Shown here piece by piece: positions 7,539 through 15,421 of a stretch of DNA of 32,000 nucleotides. The notes beneath the pieces are model-generated. The model made no database searches and was not told the DNA's origin. It saw only the letters and a list, made by a program, of their open reading frames with translations. A program made the position numbers and the translations under genes. Positions within the stretch are counted from its first letter, which is position 1; every line of letters begins with the position of its first letter. Source of the DNA: Mycolicibacterium smegmatis (GTDB lineage: Bacteria > Actinomycetota > Actinomycetes > Mycobacteriales > Mycobacteriaceae); the NCBI RefSeq assembly GCF_001457595.1, contig NZ_LN831039.1, positions 630,001 to 662,000 on the forward strand, written 5' to 3'.

Positions 7539-8333
7539 GTGAGTGTCTTCGACAAGGCGATCGACCTGCAACCCGCCGGCGACGGCCACTTCCAGGGCAG
7601 CACCGTGCCCGAGTGGGCGAACATGGTGGGCCCGTTCGGCGGGATCACCGCGGCCGCGTTGATCCGCGCGATCCAACTGCATCCGCAGTGTCACGGCCAG
7701 CCGATCGCGCTGACCGTCAACTACGTCGCCCCGATCGCCGACGGCGACTTCGACGTCGACACCAAACTGGTCCGCACCAACCGGTCCAACCAGCACTGGA
7801 TCGTCGAACAGAGTCAGGGTGGCGAGGTGAAGACCACCGCGACAGCGGTTTTCGGGCTGCGCCGCGACACCTGGTCGGATGCCGAGGCCACGCCGCCGTC
7901 CGCACCGGAACCTGACGGGCTGGAGCAGGCGGCGTCGCCGCTGACGTGGTTCGCCAACTACGACATCCGGTACGTCGACGGCGCGGTGCCCGCGGCCGAG
8001 GGGCCCGGGTCGGACTCGTCGACCACCACGCTGTGGGTGCGCAACAACCCTGCGCGGCCACTCGATTTCGCGGCGCTCACCGCGGTCGGTGACATCTTCT
8101 TCCCGCGGGTGTTCCTGCGCCGCGGGCAGTTCCTGCCGGCGGGCACCGTGACGCTCACGATCTACTATCACGCGAATGCCGCGCAGATCGACTCCGCCGG
8201 TGACGATTTCGTTCTCGGCACCGCGCGTGCGCACCAGTTCACACGGGGCTATTTCGACCAGACCGCACACCTGTGGAGCCGCGACGGCGTGCCGCTCGCG
8301 ACGTCACATCAGTACGTGTACTTCAAGGGCTGA
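7539..8333 (+). CDS. acyl-CoA thioesterase, TesB/thioesterase-II-like double hot-dog protein
   Basis: The product is 264 aa. Its N-terminal pattern (W.N..G..FGG...A..L.A) and a duplicated-halves layout resemble the thioesterase-like superfamily. The family call is by eye only. Confidence 0.6.
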   Translation: MSVFDKAIDLQPAGDGHFQGSTVPEWANMVGPFGGITAAALIRAIQLHPQCHGQPIALTVNYVAPIADGDFDVDTKLVRTNRSNQHWIVEQSQGGEVKTTATAVFGLRRDTWSDAEATPPSAPEPDGLEQAASPLTWFANYDIRYVDGAVPAAEGPGSDSSTTTLWVRNNPARPLDFAALTAVGDIFFPRVFLRRGQFLPAGTVTLTIYYHANAAQIDSAGDDFVLGTARAHQFTRGYFDQTAHLWSRDGVPLATSHQYVYFKG

Positions 8334-9810
8334 CCGGCCGGTTCTCGGGCGGCAACGACTGCAGCGCGATCCACGCACTGACCCGCGTCTGCGGGTCGTC
8401 GAGCCGCCCGGGCAGCAGCGCCTCGATCGCGTCGAGGCGGTTGCGGACGGTGTTGCGGTGCAGGCCTAGTTCCTCGGCCACCTTGAGCCGCGAACCGTGA
8501 TGGCGCAGGAAGCACCGCAGCGTCTCCAACTGCTCGGAATCCAGCCCGGACAACCAGGATTCGGCGAATGCCGCGGCCCGCTGCGGATCGATGAGCCCCA
8601 GCGGCCCGTCGTTGACGACGTGGTCCCACACCACGAGCGCTGCGGTGGGCGTGGTCTGGGCCAGCGCGAGGCCTGCCGTACGGTAGCCCGACGCGCCGTC
8701 GTCCGACGGCACCGCGGCGCCGACGCCCACCTGCAGTCCCGCGTCCACCATCGACTCGCCGGCGGCCTCGGCCCGCTCGGGAACCGCGACGGCGCAGAGT
8801 TCGTCGGCGTAGGTGCCTGCGAGGATGCCGCGCCGCTCGAGGGCGGTGACGGCGTCGGTGATCTCGGAATCACCGCCGGTGGCCCGCAAGAATCTGATCC
8901 GCTCCGGGATGACGAGTGCGGGCGCATCCACCTCGAGGATCAACTGCGCTGTGCGGGAATCGTTTCCCGCGAGCAACTCGATCGCGCGACTGTGCAGGTG
9001 CTGACGTGTCGTTGAGCGACTGCGGCGCTGTTCGTCGACCAGGCCCAGAACGGCGACCGAGGTGGTCAGGGCGTCGCGTTCGGCATCCGAGAGCCGCACC
9101 GGACCCATCGTCGCGAGATACGCCGCGGGCCTGCCGCGTAATCCGATGGGCTGCACCGACAACGACAATGCCGGACGGGACTGCGTGGCAGCCGATCGTC
9201 CGGCCTGTGTCTGCAGGCGCCGGACGTCGGCGGCTGCGTCGTCGAACGGGAACTCGCCGCGCCGCGGACCGACCGGGCCGGTCAGCGCTCGCCCGTCGGG
9301 GGACATCAGGCACGCCGCCCCGTCGAGTGCCTGGGCCAGGGCCGTGACCACGGCTGTTGCGGGATCGCGTTTCGTCGCCGCGGAGATCAACTTCCTCTGG
9401 GTCTGCAGCGCGGCCTGTGTGGCGGCCGATTCCTGCTCGGAGAGCAGGCGCGCCACCTCCCGGCTGATCGCGACGAACGTCGTGCGCCGCGGCACCTCGA
9501 AGAGGTTGACGTCGTGTTCGCGGCACGCGGCGATCAGCGCGGTGGGGGTGCGTTCGTGTGTCAACCCGATGCCGAAACCCACGGCCGCGACCGCGGCGCC
9601 GGCCAGCCGCCGCACGTAGTCGTCCCATTCCCGACCCCAGGTGCGCGTCTCGATGCCGGTGGTGAGCAGGATCTCGCCACCTTCGAGAAACGGCGTCGGA
9701 TCGGGCAGTTCGCTCGTGGCGACCCAACGGATGTCGGCGTCGGCCCGGCCCACGAGCACACCGCGCAACCCGAGCGCTCGCACACCCAGGACCTCGGAGA
9801 CGCTGACCAT
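8323..9810 (-). CDS. PucR family transcriptional regulator (GabR-like by context)
   Basis: The 495-aa product has an N-terminal PucR-type domain (VSEVLGVRALGL...WVATSELPDPTPFLEGGEILLTTG). Its C-terminal HTH is LETLRCFLRHHGSRLKVAEELGLHRNTVRNRLDAIE. It is divergent from gabT. Confidence 0.85.
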   Translation of the reverse strand: MVSVSEVLGVRALGLRGVLVGRADADIRWVATSELPDPTPFLEGGEILLTTGIETRTWGREWDDYVRRLAGAAVAAVGFGIGLTHERTPTALIAACREHDVNLFEVPRRTTFVAISREVARLLSEQESAATQAALQTQRKLISAATKRDPATAVVTALAQALDGAACLMSPDGRALTGPVGPRRGEFPFDDAAADVRRLQTQAGRSAATQSRPALSLSVQPIGLRGRPAAYLATMGPVRLSDAERDALTTSVAVLGLVDEQRRSRSTTRQHLHSRAIELLAGNDSRTAQLILEVDAPALVIPERIRFLRATGGDSEITDAVTALERRGILAGTYADELCAVAVPERAEAAGESMVDAGLQVGVGAAVPSDDGASGYRTAGLALAQTTPTAALVVWDHVVNDGPLGLIDPQRAAAFAESWLSGLDSEQLETLRCFLRHHGSRLKVAEELGLHRNTVRNRLDAIEALLPGRLDDPQTRVSAWIALQSLPPENRPVSP

Positions 9811-9919
9811 GCTGACAGTTTTGCACAGCCGACTGCAGAAAAGTTGTGCTTAGATGCACTGCACGCACGTGACCTGCGTATTTACCGTGGACTCACATAC
9901 CCGCACAAGGAGGACACCC

Positions 9920-11266
9920 GTGACCATCGCCGAGATCGCCGGTCGGACACTCACCCAGGAACGCCGGCTCGTCACCGCCATTCCCGGCCCGATCTCGCAG
10001 GAGCTGCAGGCGCGCAAGCAGAGTGCCGTGGCGGCGGGTGTCGGCGTGACGCTGCCGGTCTACATCGTCGCGGCCGGTGGCGGCGTGCTCGCGGACGCCG
10101 ACGGCAACCAGCTCATCGACTTCGGCTCGGGCATCGCCGTCACCACCGTCGGCAACAGCGCACCCGCCGTCGTCGACGCGGTGACGCAGCAGGTCGCAGC
10201 GTTCACCCACACGTGCTTCATGGTCACGCCCTACGAGGGATACGTGAAGGTGGCCGAGCACCTCAACCGGCTCACCCCGGGCGATCACGAGAAGCGCACG
10301 GCGCTGTTCAACTCCGGCGCCGAAGCCGTCGAGAACGCGGTCAAGATCGCGCGTGCCTACACCCGCAGGCAGGCGGTGGTGGTGTTCGACCACGCCTACC
10401 ACGGCCGCACCAACCTGACCATGGCGATGACCGCCAAGAACCAGCCGTACAAGCACGGCTTCGGCCCGTTCGCCAACGAGGTGTACCGCGTGCCCACGTC
10501 GTACCCGTTCCGCGACGGCGAGACCGACGGCGCGGCCGCCGCGGCGCACGCCCTCGACCTGATCAACAAGCAGGTCGGCGCCGACAACGTCGCCGCCGTG
10601 GTGATCGAACCCGTCCACGGTGAGGGCGGATTTGTCGTTCCCGCACCGGGATTCCTCGGCGCTCTGCAGAAGTGGTGCACCGACAACGGCGCGGTGTTCG
10701 TCGCCGACGAGGTGCAGACCGGATTCGCCCGCACCGGTGCGCTGTTCGCGTGCGAGCACGAGAACGTGGTGCCCGATCTGATCGTCACCGCCAAGGGCAT
10801 CGCAGGCGGTCTGCCGCTGTCGGCGGTGACCGGTCGCGCCGAGATCATGGACGGCCCGCAGTCCGGTGGCCTCGGCGGCACCTACGGCGGCAACCCGCTG
10901 GCGTGTGCCGCCGCGCTCGCGGTGATCGACACCATCGAGCGTGAAAACCTCGTCGCGCGGGCCCGCGCGATCGGCGAGACCATGCTGAGCCGCCTCGGTG
11001 CGCTCGCCGCAGCCGATCCGCGCATCGGCGAGGTGCGTGGCCGCGGCGCCATGATCGCTGTCGAACTGGTCAAGCCGGGCACCACCGAGCCCGACGCCGA
11101 CCTGACCAAGCGCGTCGCCGCCGCTGCGCACGCGCAGGGCCTGGTGGTGCTGACGTGCGGCACCTACGGCAACGTGCTGCGCTTCCTGCCCCCGCTGAGC
11201 ATGCCCGACCACCTGCTCGACGAAGGACTCGACATCCTGGCCGCAGTGTTCGCAGAGGTGAAGTGA
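9920..11266 (+). CDS. gabT: 4-aminobutyrate:2-oxoglutarate aminotransferase (class III PLP aminotransferase)
   Basis: This is the ORF 9854..11266 frame. The start is set at GTG 9920 because AAGGAGGA lies at 9907-9914. Motifs present are SGAEAVENAVKIAR, DEVQTGFARTG and the PLP-lysine context VTAKGIAGGLP. It is followed 2 nt later by an aldehyde dehydrogenase gene. Confidence 0.9.
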   Translation: MTIAEIAGRTLTQERRLVTAIPGPISQELQARKQSAVAAGVGVTLPVYIVAAGGGVLADADGNQLIDFGSGIAVTTVGNSAPAVVDAVTQQVAAFTHTCFMVTPYEGYVKVAEHLNRLTPGDHEKRTALFNSGAEAVENAVKIARAYTRRQAVVVFDHAYHGRTNLTMAMTAKNQPYKHGFGPFANEVYRVPTSYPFRDGETDGAAAAAHALDLINKQVGADNVAAVVIEPVHGEGGFVVPAPGFLGALQKWCTDNGAVFVADEVQTGFARTGALFACEHENVVPDLIVTAKGIAGGLPLSAVTGRAEIMDGPQSGGLGGTYGGNPLACAAALAVIDTIERENLVARARAIGETMLSRLGALAAADPRIGEVRGRGAMIAVELVKPGTTEPDADLTKRVAAAAHAQGLVVLTCGTYGNVLRFLPPLSMPDHLLDEGLDILAAVFAEVK

Positions 11267-11268
11267 AC

Positions 11269-12723
11269 ATGAACTACCAGGACGCGATCGCCGGGCTCGA
11301 CGCCAAGCACGGCATCCTCATCGACGGCAACGCCCGCGGCGCCGACGCCACGTTCGACGTGCACGATCCCGCGACGGGCGAGGTGATCGCCGCGGTGTCC
11401 GACGGCTCGGCCGCCGATGCGGTGGCCGCGGTCGACGCCGCACAGAAGGCGTTCGGCGCGTGGGCCGCCACCAGCCCGCGTGAGCGCAGCGAGATCCTGC
11501 GTCGCGCATACGAACTGATCCTCGCCGACATCGACCGGCTCAGCGCGCTGGTGTGCGCCGAGAACGGCAAGTCGCAGGCCGATGCCCGCGCCGAGGTCAC
11601 CTACGCCGCCGAGTTCTTCCGCTGGTTCAGCGAGGAGGCCGTGCGCACCGACGGCGCCTTCGGCAGCAACCCGGCAGGCAACGCACGAACTCTGGTGACG
11701 CACAAGCCCGTCGGCGTCGCCGCGCTGGTAACGCCGTGGAACTTTCCGGCCGCCATGGCGACTCGCAAGATCGCACCCGCGCTGGCCGCGGGGTGCACCG
11801 TGGTGCTCAAGCCTGCGGCCGAGACACCGCTGACCGCCCTGGCGATCGCGGCCATCCTCACCGACGCCGGGGTACCTGCAGGCGTGGTCAACCTGGTGCC
11901 GACCAGCGACGCGGGTGCGGTGGTGTCGGCGTGGCTCGCCGACGCACGGGTCCGCAAGATCTCATTCACGGGGTCCACCGGCATCGGGCGGGTGCTGCTC
12001 AAGCAGGCCGCCGACCGTGTCGTCAACGCCAGCATGGAACTCGGCGGCAACGCACCGTTCGTGGTGACCGCCGACGCCGACATCGCCAAAGCGGTCGAGG
12101 GTGCGATGCTCGCGAAATTCCGTGGCGCGGGCCAGGTGTGCACCGCCGCCAACCGGTTCTACGTGCACGCCTCGGTGCACGACGAGTTCGTCGCGGCGTT
12201 CGCCGCCAAGATCGAGGCGCTGCGCGTGGGCCCGGCCGCCGACCCGGCATCGGAGATCGGCCCGCTGGTCAGTCCGCGCGCCGCGCAGCGCGTGTCCGCG
12301 GCGATCGACGCCGCGGTCGCCGACGGCGCGGTCGTCGCGGCGAAGGCCCCCACGCCCACCGAGGGCTGGTTCGTCGCACCGACCCTGCTGACCGACGTCG
12401 CACCGGACGCGGCGATCCTGACCGACGAGATCTTCGGCCCGGTCGCTCCCGTGGTGGCCTGGGAGGACGAGGACGAACTGCTGCGCTGGGCCAACGACAC
12501 CGAATATGGTTTGGCAGCCTACGTTTTCGCCGGTCGCCTGCAGGATGCGCTGCGGATCGCCGAACGCATCGACGCGGGCATGGTCGGCGTCAACCGGGGT
12601 GCGGTATCGGATCCGTCGGCGCCGTTCGGCGGGATGAAGCAGAGCGGTCTGGGCCGCGAAGGCGCCCGCGAGGGACTGCAGGAGTTCCAGGAGACCCAGT
12701 ACTTCAGCGTCGCGTTCGACTGA
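11269..12723 (+). CDS. gabD: succinate-semialdehyde dehydrogenase (ALDH superfamily)
   Basis: This is the ORF 11155..12723 frame, started at ATG 11269 (MNYQDAIAGL...). An in-frame GTG at 11263 is an alternative start. ALDH motifs are MELGGNAP (catalytic Glu) and GAGQVCTAANR (catalytic Cys). The gabT adjacency supports the SSADH call. Confidence 0.85.
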   Translation: MNYQDAIAGLDAKHGILIDGNARGADATFDVHDPATGEVIAAVSDGSAADAVAAVDAAQKAFGAWAATSPRERSEILRRAYELILADIDRLSALVCAENGKSQADARAEVTYAAEFFRWFSEEAVRTDGAFGSNPAGNARTLVTHKPVGVAALVTPWNFPAAMATRKIAPALAAGCTVVLKPAAETPLTALAIAAILTDAGVPAGVVNLVPTSDAGAVVSAWLADARVRKISFTGSTGIGRVLLKQAADRVVNASMELGGNAPFVVTADADIAKAVEGAMLAKFRGAGQVCTAANRFYVHASVHDEFVAAFAAKIEALRVGPAADPASEIGPLVSPRAAQRVSAAIDAAVADGAVVAAKAPTPTEGWFVAPTLLTDVAPDAAILTDEIFGPVAPVVAWEDEDELLRWANDTEYGLAAYVFAGRLQDALRIAERIDAGMVGVNRGAVSDPSAPFGGMKQSGLGREGAREGLQEFQETQYFSVAFD

Positions 12724-12735
12724 ATTCCGGGGCGC

Positions 12736-13104
12736 TCAGTACGGGGTGCTGTGCAGTATCAGGCTGAACAGCAGCAGCACCATGCTTATCAGCGAGACGA
12801 TCATGAGCACACCCACCGCCACGGTGATCAGGCAACTGACGCAGGCGCGCTTGCCGCGCCGTATCCTGGCGAGCTGTTCGTCGTGCCTGAGCTCTGTTGC
12901 GACGAACGCGAATTCGACGTCCGCGAGTTCACCGGCGGCGGCGGGTGCCCCGTCGGCGAGTTCGCGCAGGCGCGTCGCGGCGATGCCCACGCCCACACCG
13001 GCGAACCGCCGACTCAAGCGACGCGCCTGCCACCGGGTCAAACGGTGCCGGCGCGTAGGCGTCGAATACGGCCAGGGTGCCCACCCGCCGCTGTACGCGG
13101 TCAC
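12736..13104 (-). CDS. hypothetical tail-anchored membrane protein
   Basis: The product is 122 aa. Third-codon positions on this strand are strongly G/C, unlike the overlapping plus-strand ORFs. There is a single C-terminal TM helix (CLITVAVGVLMIVSLISMVLLLFSLIL). I recognise no family. Confidence 0.5.
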   Translation of the reverse strand: MTAYSGGWAPWPYSTPTRRHRLTRWQARRLSRRFAGVGVGIAATRLRELADGAPAAAGELADVEFAFVATELRHDEQLARIRRGKRACVSCLITVAVGVLMIVSLISMVLLLFSLILHSTPY

Positions 13105-13133
13105 AGTGGCTTCAGTCTAAGTCTCTTTGCTCG

Positions 13134-13196
13134 CGCCGAAACGGCATTCCGGCAGGCTTCTTCTCGAAATTTCCCTGCTGGAATGACGTTTCGGCG
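13134..13196. repeat. 63-bp imperfect palindrome with 23-nt arms (2 mismatches, one of them G:T) and a 17-nt loop
   Basis: The left arm CGCCGAAACGGCATTCCGGCAGG (13134-13156) pairs with the right arm CCTGCTGGAATGACGTTTCGGCG (13174-13196). The loop is CTTCTTCTCGAAATTTC. The element lies between the divergent starts at 13104 (-) and 13267 (+). Confidence 0.75.
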
Positions 13197-13266
13197 GAAA
13201 GCGGCCTGAAAGTTCCCGCTACACTTACCGTAAACACAACGGTTAGGGGCCGCCTTGATCAAGGTC

Positions 13267-14481
13267 ATGCAGGGTGTACGGGTGTTGGAGGTCGCGCAGT
13301 TCACGTTCGTTCCCGCGGCCGGAGCGATCCTCGCCGACTGGGGCGCCGACGTGATCAAGGTTGAGCATCCTGTGCGGGGCGACACCCAGCGGGGCTTCAT
13401 CAACATGGGCGGGTTCCAGCTCGACCCCAACCGGCATCCGCTGATCGAGCATCCCAACCGCGGCAAGCGCAGCGTCGGCATCGACGTGTCCAAGCCCGAG
13501 GGGCAGGAGGTGCTCTACGAGTTGGCGCAGGTGTCGGATGTCTTCCTCACCAACTACATGCCGCAGGCCCGGGAGAAGAACAAGTTCGACGTCGAGCACA
13601 TCCGGGCGGTGAACCCGAACATCATCTACGCGCGCGGCAGCGCGTACGGCGACAAGGGGCCCGAGCGGCTCGCCGGCGGGTTCGACGGCACCGCGTTCTG
13701 GACCCGCAGCGGTGTGGGGCACGCCCTGACACCCGAGGAACTCGGCGGCGCGTTGTCGCAGGGGATCCCCGCGTTCGGCGACTCGATCGGCGGGATGAAC
13801 ATCGCGGGCGGGATCGCCGCGGCGCTGTTCCACCGCGACCGCACGGGCGAGGCGCTCGAGGTCGACGTGTCCCTGCTGTCCACCGCGTGGTGGGCCGCGG
13901 GCGCGAGCGTCACGCAGGGCATGGAGACCGGCGAGACCATGCGTTCCCAGATGCCCGACACGATCGGGCCCACGGTCAACCCGTTCCTGGGGAACTACCA
14001 GACGTCCGACGGCGGCACCATCAACCTGTGCATCGTGAGCCCCACCGGCTACATCCGGGACACTTTCGAGCATCTCGGCCTGGCCGAACTCGCCGACGAT
14101 CCGCGGTTCTGCGACGTGCTGCCGCTCATCGAGCACGCCGCAGAGGCCGCCGAGCGCATCGCCGAGGCGATCCGCAGCAGGCCGTTCGAGTACTGGCGCC
14201 GGCACCTCAAGACCATGAAGGGGCAGTGGGCGCCGTTCCAGAGCCTGGTCGACCTGGCGACCGACGAGCAGGCCATCGCCAACGACATGGTCGTCGAGGT
14301 CGAGGCGGCCGACGGCGGCGAACCGTTCCGCGTGGTGCGCGGACCCGTGCAGTTCAACCATGAACCGCTGGAGACCACGCGCGCCCCGCAGGCCTCCGAG
14401 CACACCGAGGTGGTGCTCATGGAGCTGGGGCTGGACTGGGACCGAATCGGGAAACTCAAGGACGTGGGCGCGATCGCCTGA
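13267..14481 (+). CDS. family III CoA-transferase (CaiB/BaiF/Frc family)
   Basis: This is the ORF 13255..14481 frame. The N-terminus MQGVRVLEVAQFTFVPAAGAILADWGADVIKVE is the typical family III Rossmann start. GDSIGG contains the expected catalytic Asp context. ATG 13267 is preferred over TTG 13255. Confidence 0.85.
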   Translation: MQGVRVLEVAQFTFVPAAGAILADWGADVIKVEHPVRGDTQRGFINMGGFQLDPNRHPLIEHPNRGKRSVGIDVSKPEGQEVLYELAQVSDVFLTNYMPQAREKNKFDVEHIRAVNPNIIYARGSAYGDKGPERLAGGFDGTAFWTRSGVGHALTPEELGGALSQGIPAFGDSIGGMNIAGGIAAALFHRDRTGEALEVDVSLLSTAWWAAGASVTQGMETGETMRSQMPDTIGPTVNPFLGNYQTSDGGTINLCIVSPTGYIRDTFEHLGLAELADDPRFCDVLPLIEHAAEAAERIAEAIRSRPFEYWRRHLKTMKGQWAPFQSLVDLATDEQAIANDMVVEVEAADGGEPFRVVRGPVQFNHEPLETTRAPQASEHTEVVLMELGLDWDRIGKLKDVGAIA

Positions 14482-14520
14482 GAATTGCGGATTCCTCCGG
14501 CGGATCGAGAACAGACAAAC

Positions 14521-14557
14521 GAAAGGGCTGTCGGACGTGATGTCCGACAGCCCTTTC
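14521..14557. terminator. Bidirectional intrinsic-terminator-like hairpin (16-bp perfect stem, 5-nt loop)
   Basis: The structure is GAAAGGGCTGTCGGAC-GTGAT-GTCCGACAGCCCTTTC. A T-rich run follows on the plus strand (GCTGTGTTTCGG), and one follows on the minus strand (GTTTGTCTGTTCT). It lies between the convergent CoA-transferase and STAS genes. Confidence 0.6.
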
Positions 14558-14751
14558 GCTGTGTTTCGGAGAATCCCGGCGGGTAACGGTCCCGTCTCCG
14601 CCCTGTCACGGGCGTGTCGACGATGTTGCCGGAGGGCCCGGGGGCCCGGTCTCAGCGTGCGGTCAACTGCAGTTGTGAGAGACGGTGCCGGCGGTGCAGC
14701 AGGACGCTCAGCCAACGGATGTCGATCAGCATGGCGGGTTGGCCTTTCTGG

Positions 14752-15201
14752 TCAGGCGCTCTTGACGAGCAGGGGCAGGAGTCGCCGGCGGGCCATGGTG
14801 CCCTCGGCGAAGTGATGCAGAGCGTCGGGTACCGATGCCGTCAGCGGCACACCGGCGTCGTCGTCGTCGAGTTCGGCCAGCACGGCGCCGCTGGCGACGA
14901 CCGCCCAGTCCACGCCCAGTTCACCGCAACGTGCGTCGATGGCGTAGAAGAGTGAAACGGCTTGCGGTGCAAAGCTGTTCACCCCACTCAGATCGAGCAC
15001 GATGGACTTCTCGGGAATGACGAGGCGGCGGACGTACGCCGAGATCTGGTCCAGATTTTCACTGCCGATGGCACCCTTGACCGTCACCACGGTCGCGAGC
15101 TGCCGGTGATGCGCACGCATCGACGCGCCGTCACAGACCACTGCAGGATTGCCGTACCGAAAATGATTGTCCGAAGCCGGGGTGTTGCTCGTGATAGTCA
15201 T
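14752..15201 (-). CDS. STAS-domain protein (anti-sigma-factor antagonist family, SpoIIAA/RsfA-like)
   Basis: This is the ORF 14752..15264 frame, started at ATG 15201 (MTITSNTP...) with GGGAGG upstream on the minus strand. The core ATVVTVKGAIGSENLDQI...SIVLDLSGVNSF...LFYAIDARCGELGVDWAVV matches the STAS fold pattern. Confidence 0.7.
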   Translation of the reverse strand: MTITSNTPASDNHFRYGNPAVVCDGASMRAHHRQLATVVTVKGAIGSENLDQISAYVRRLVIPEKSIVLDLSGVNSFAPQAVSLFYAIDARCGELGVDWAVVASGAVLAELDDDDAGVPLTASVPDALHHFAEGTMARRRLLPLLVKSA

Positions 15202-15377
15202 GATCAGCCTCCCGTCGTTCTTCGAGCTGGCGGTTGGGCTTCTTCGCTTCAACCTTGAGCACAACGCTAAGGGCGCAATCTAAGGCGGCAGGGTGCCAGC
15301 GTTGAGACTTTGCTAAGAACGCCAGGAACGTACTCGCCGGTAAGGTCCTGGGGCGCGAATGGTGCTGGTGGGGACAC

Positions 15378-15407
15378 TTGACGGCGGATCACGCCGTGGT
15401 CTAGCGT
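15378..15407 (+). promoter_or_regulatory. Candidate SigA-type promoter TTGACG-N18-TAGCGT for the rhamnose operon
   Basis: The -35 element TTGACG is at 15378-15383 and the -10 element TAGCGT (TANNNT) is at 15402-15407. The palindromic operator begins about 15 nt downstream of the -10. Confidence 0.35.
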
Positions 15408-15421
15408 GACCGCCATCACGA

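Noticed and set aside
12746-13209. Plus-strand ORFs 12746..13120 and 12751..13209, which oppose the tail-anchored membrane ORF.
   Set aside because: Codon third positions favour the minus-strand frame. The plus-strand translations are Arg/Ala/Pro-rich with no TM or domain pattern, and they would run across the palindrome-containing intergenic region.
14652-14732. A 26-codon minus-strand ORF (MLIDIRWLSVLLHRRHRLSQLQLTAR) 19 nt downstream of the STAS stop.
   Set aside because: It is too short to evaluate. It has only a weak GAAAGG about 11 nt upstream, and its GC3 cannot be distinguished from background in this genome. I mention it in a finding but do not annotate it as a CDS.
15267-15317. CTAAG(G) motifs repeated at 15267, 15280 and 15313 in the STAS/rhaM intergenic region.
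   Set aside because: The motif is short (5-6 nt) and irregularly spaced, and could easily occur by chance in an AT-richer intergenic stretch.
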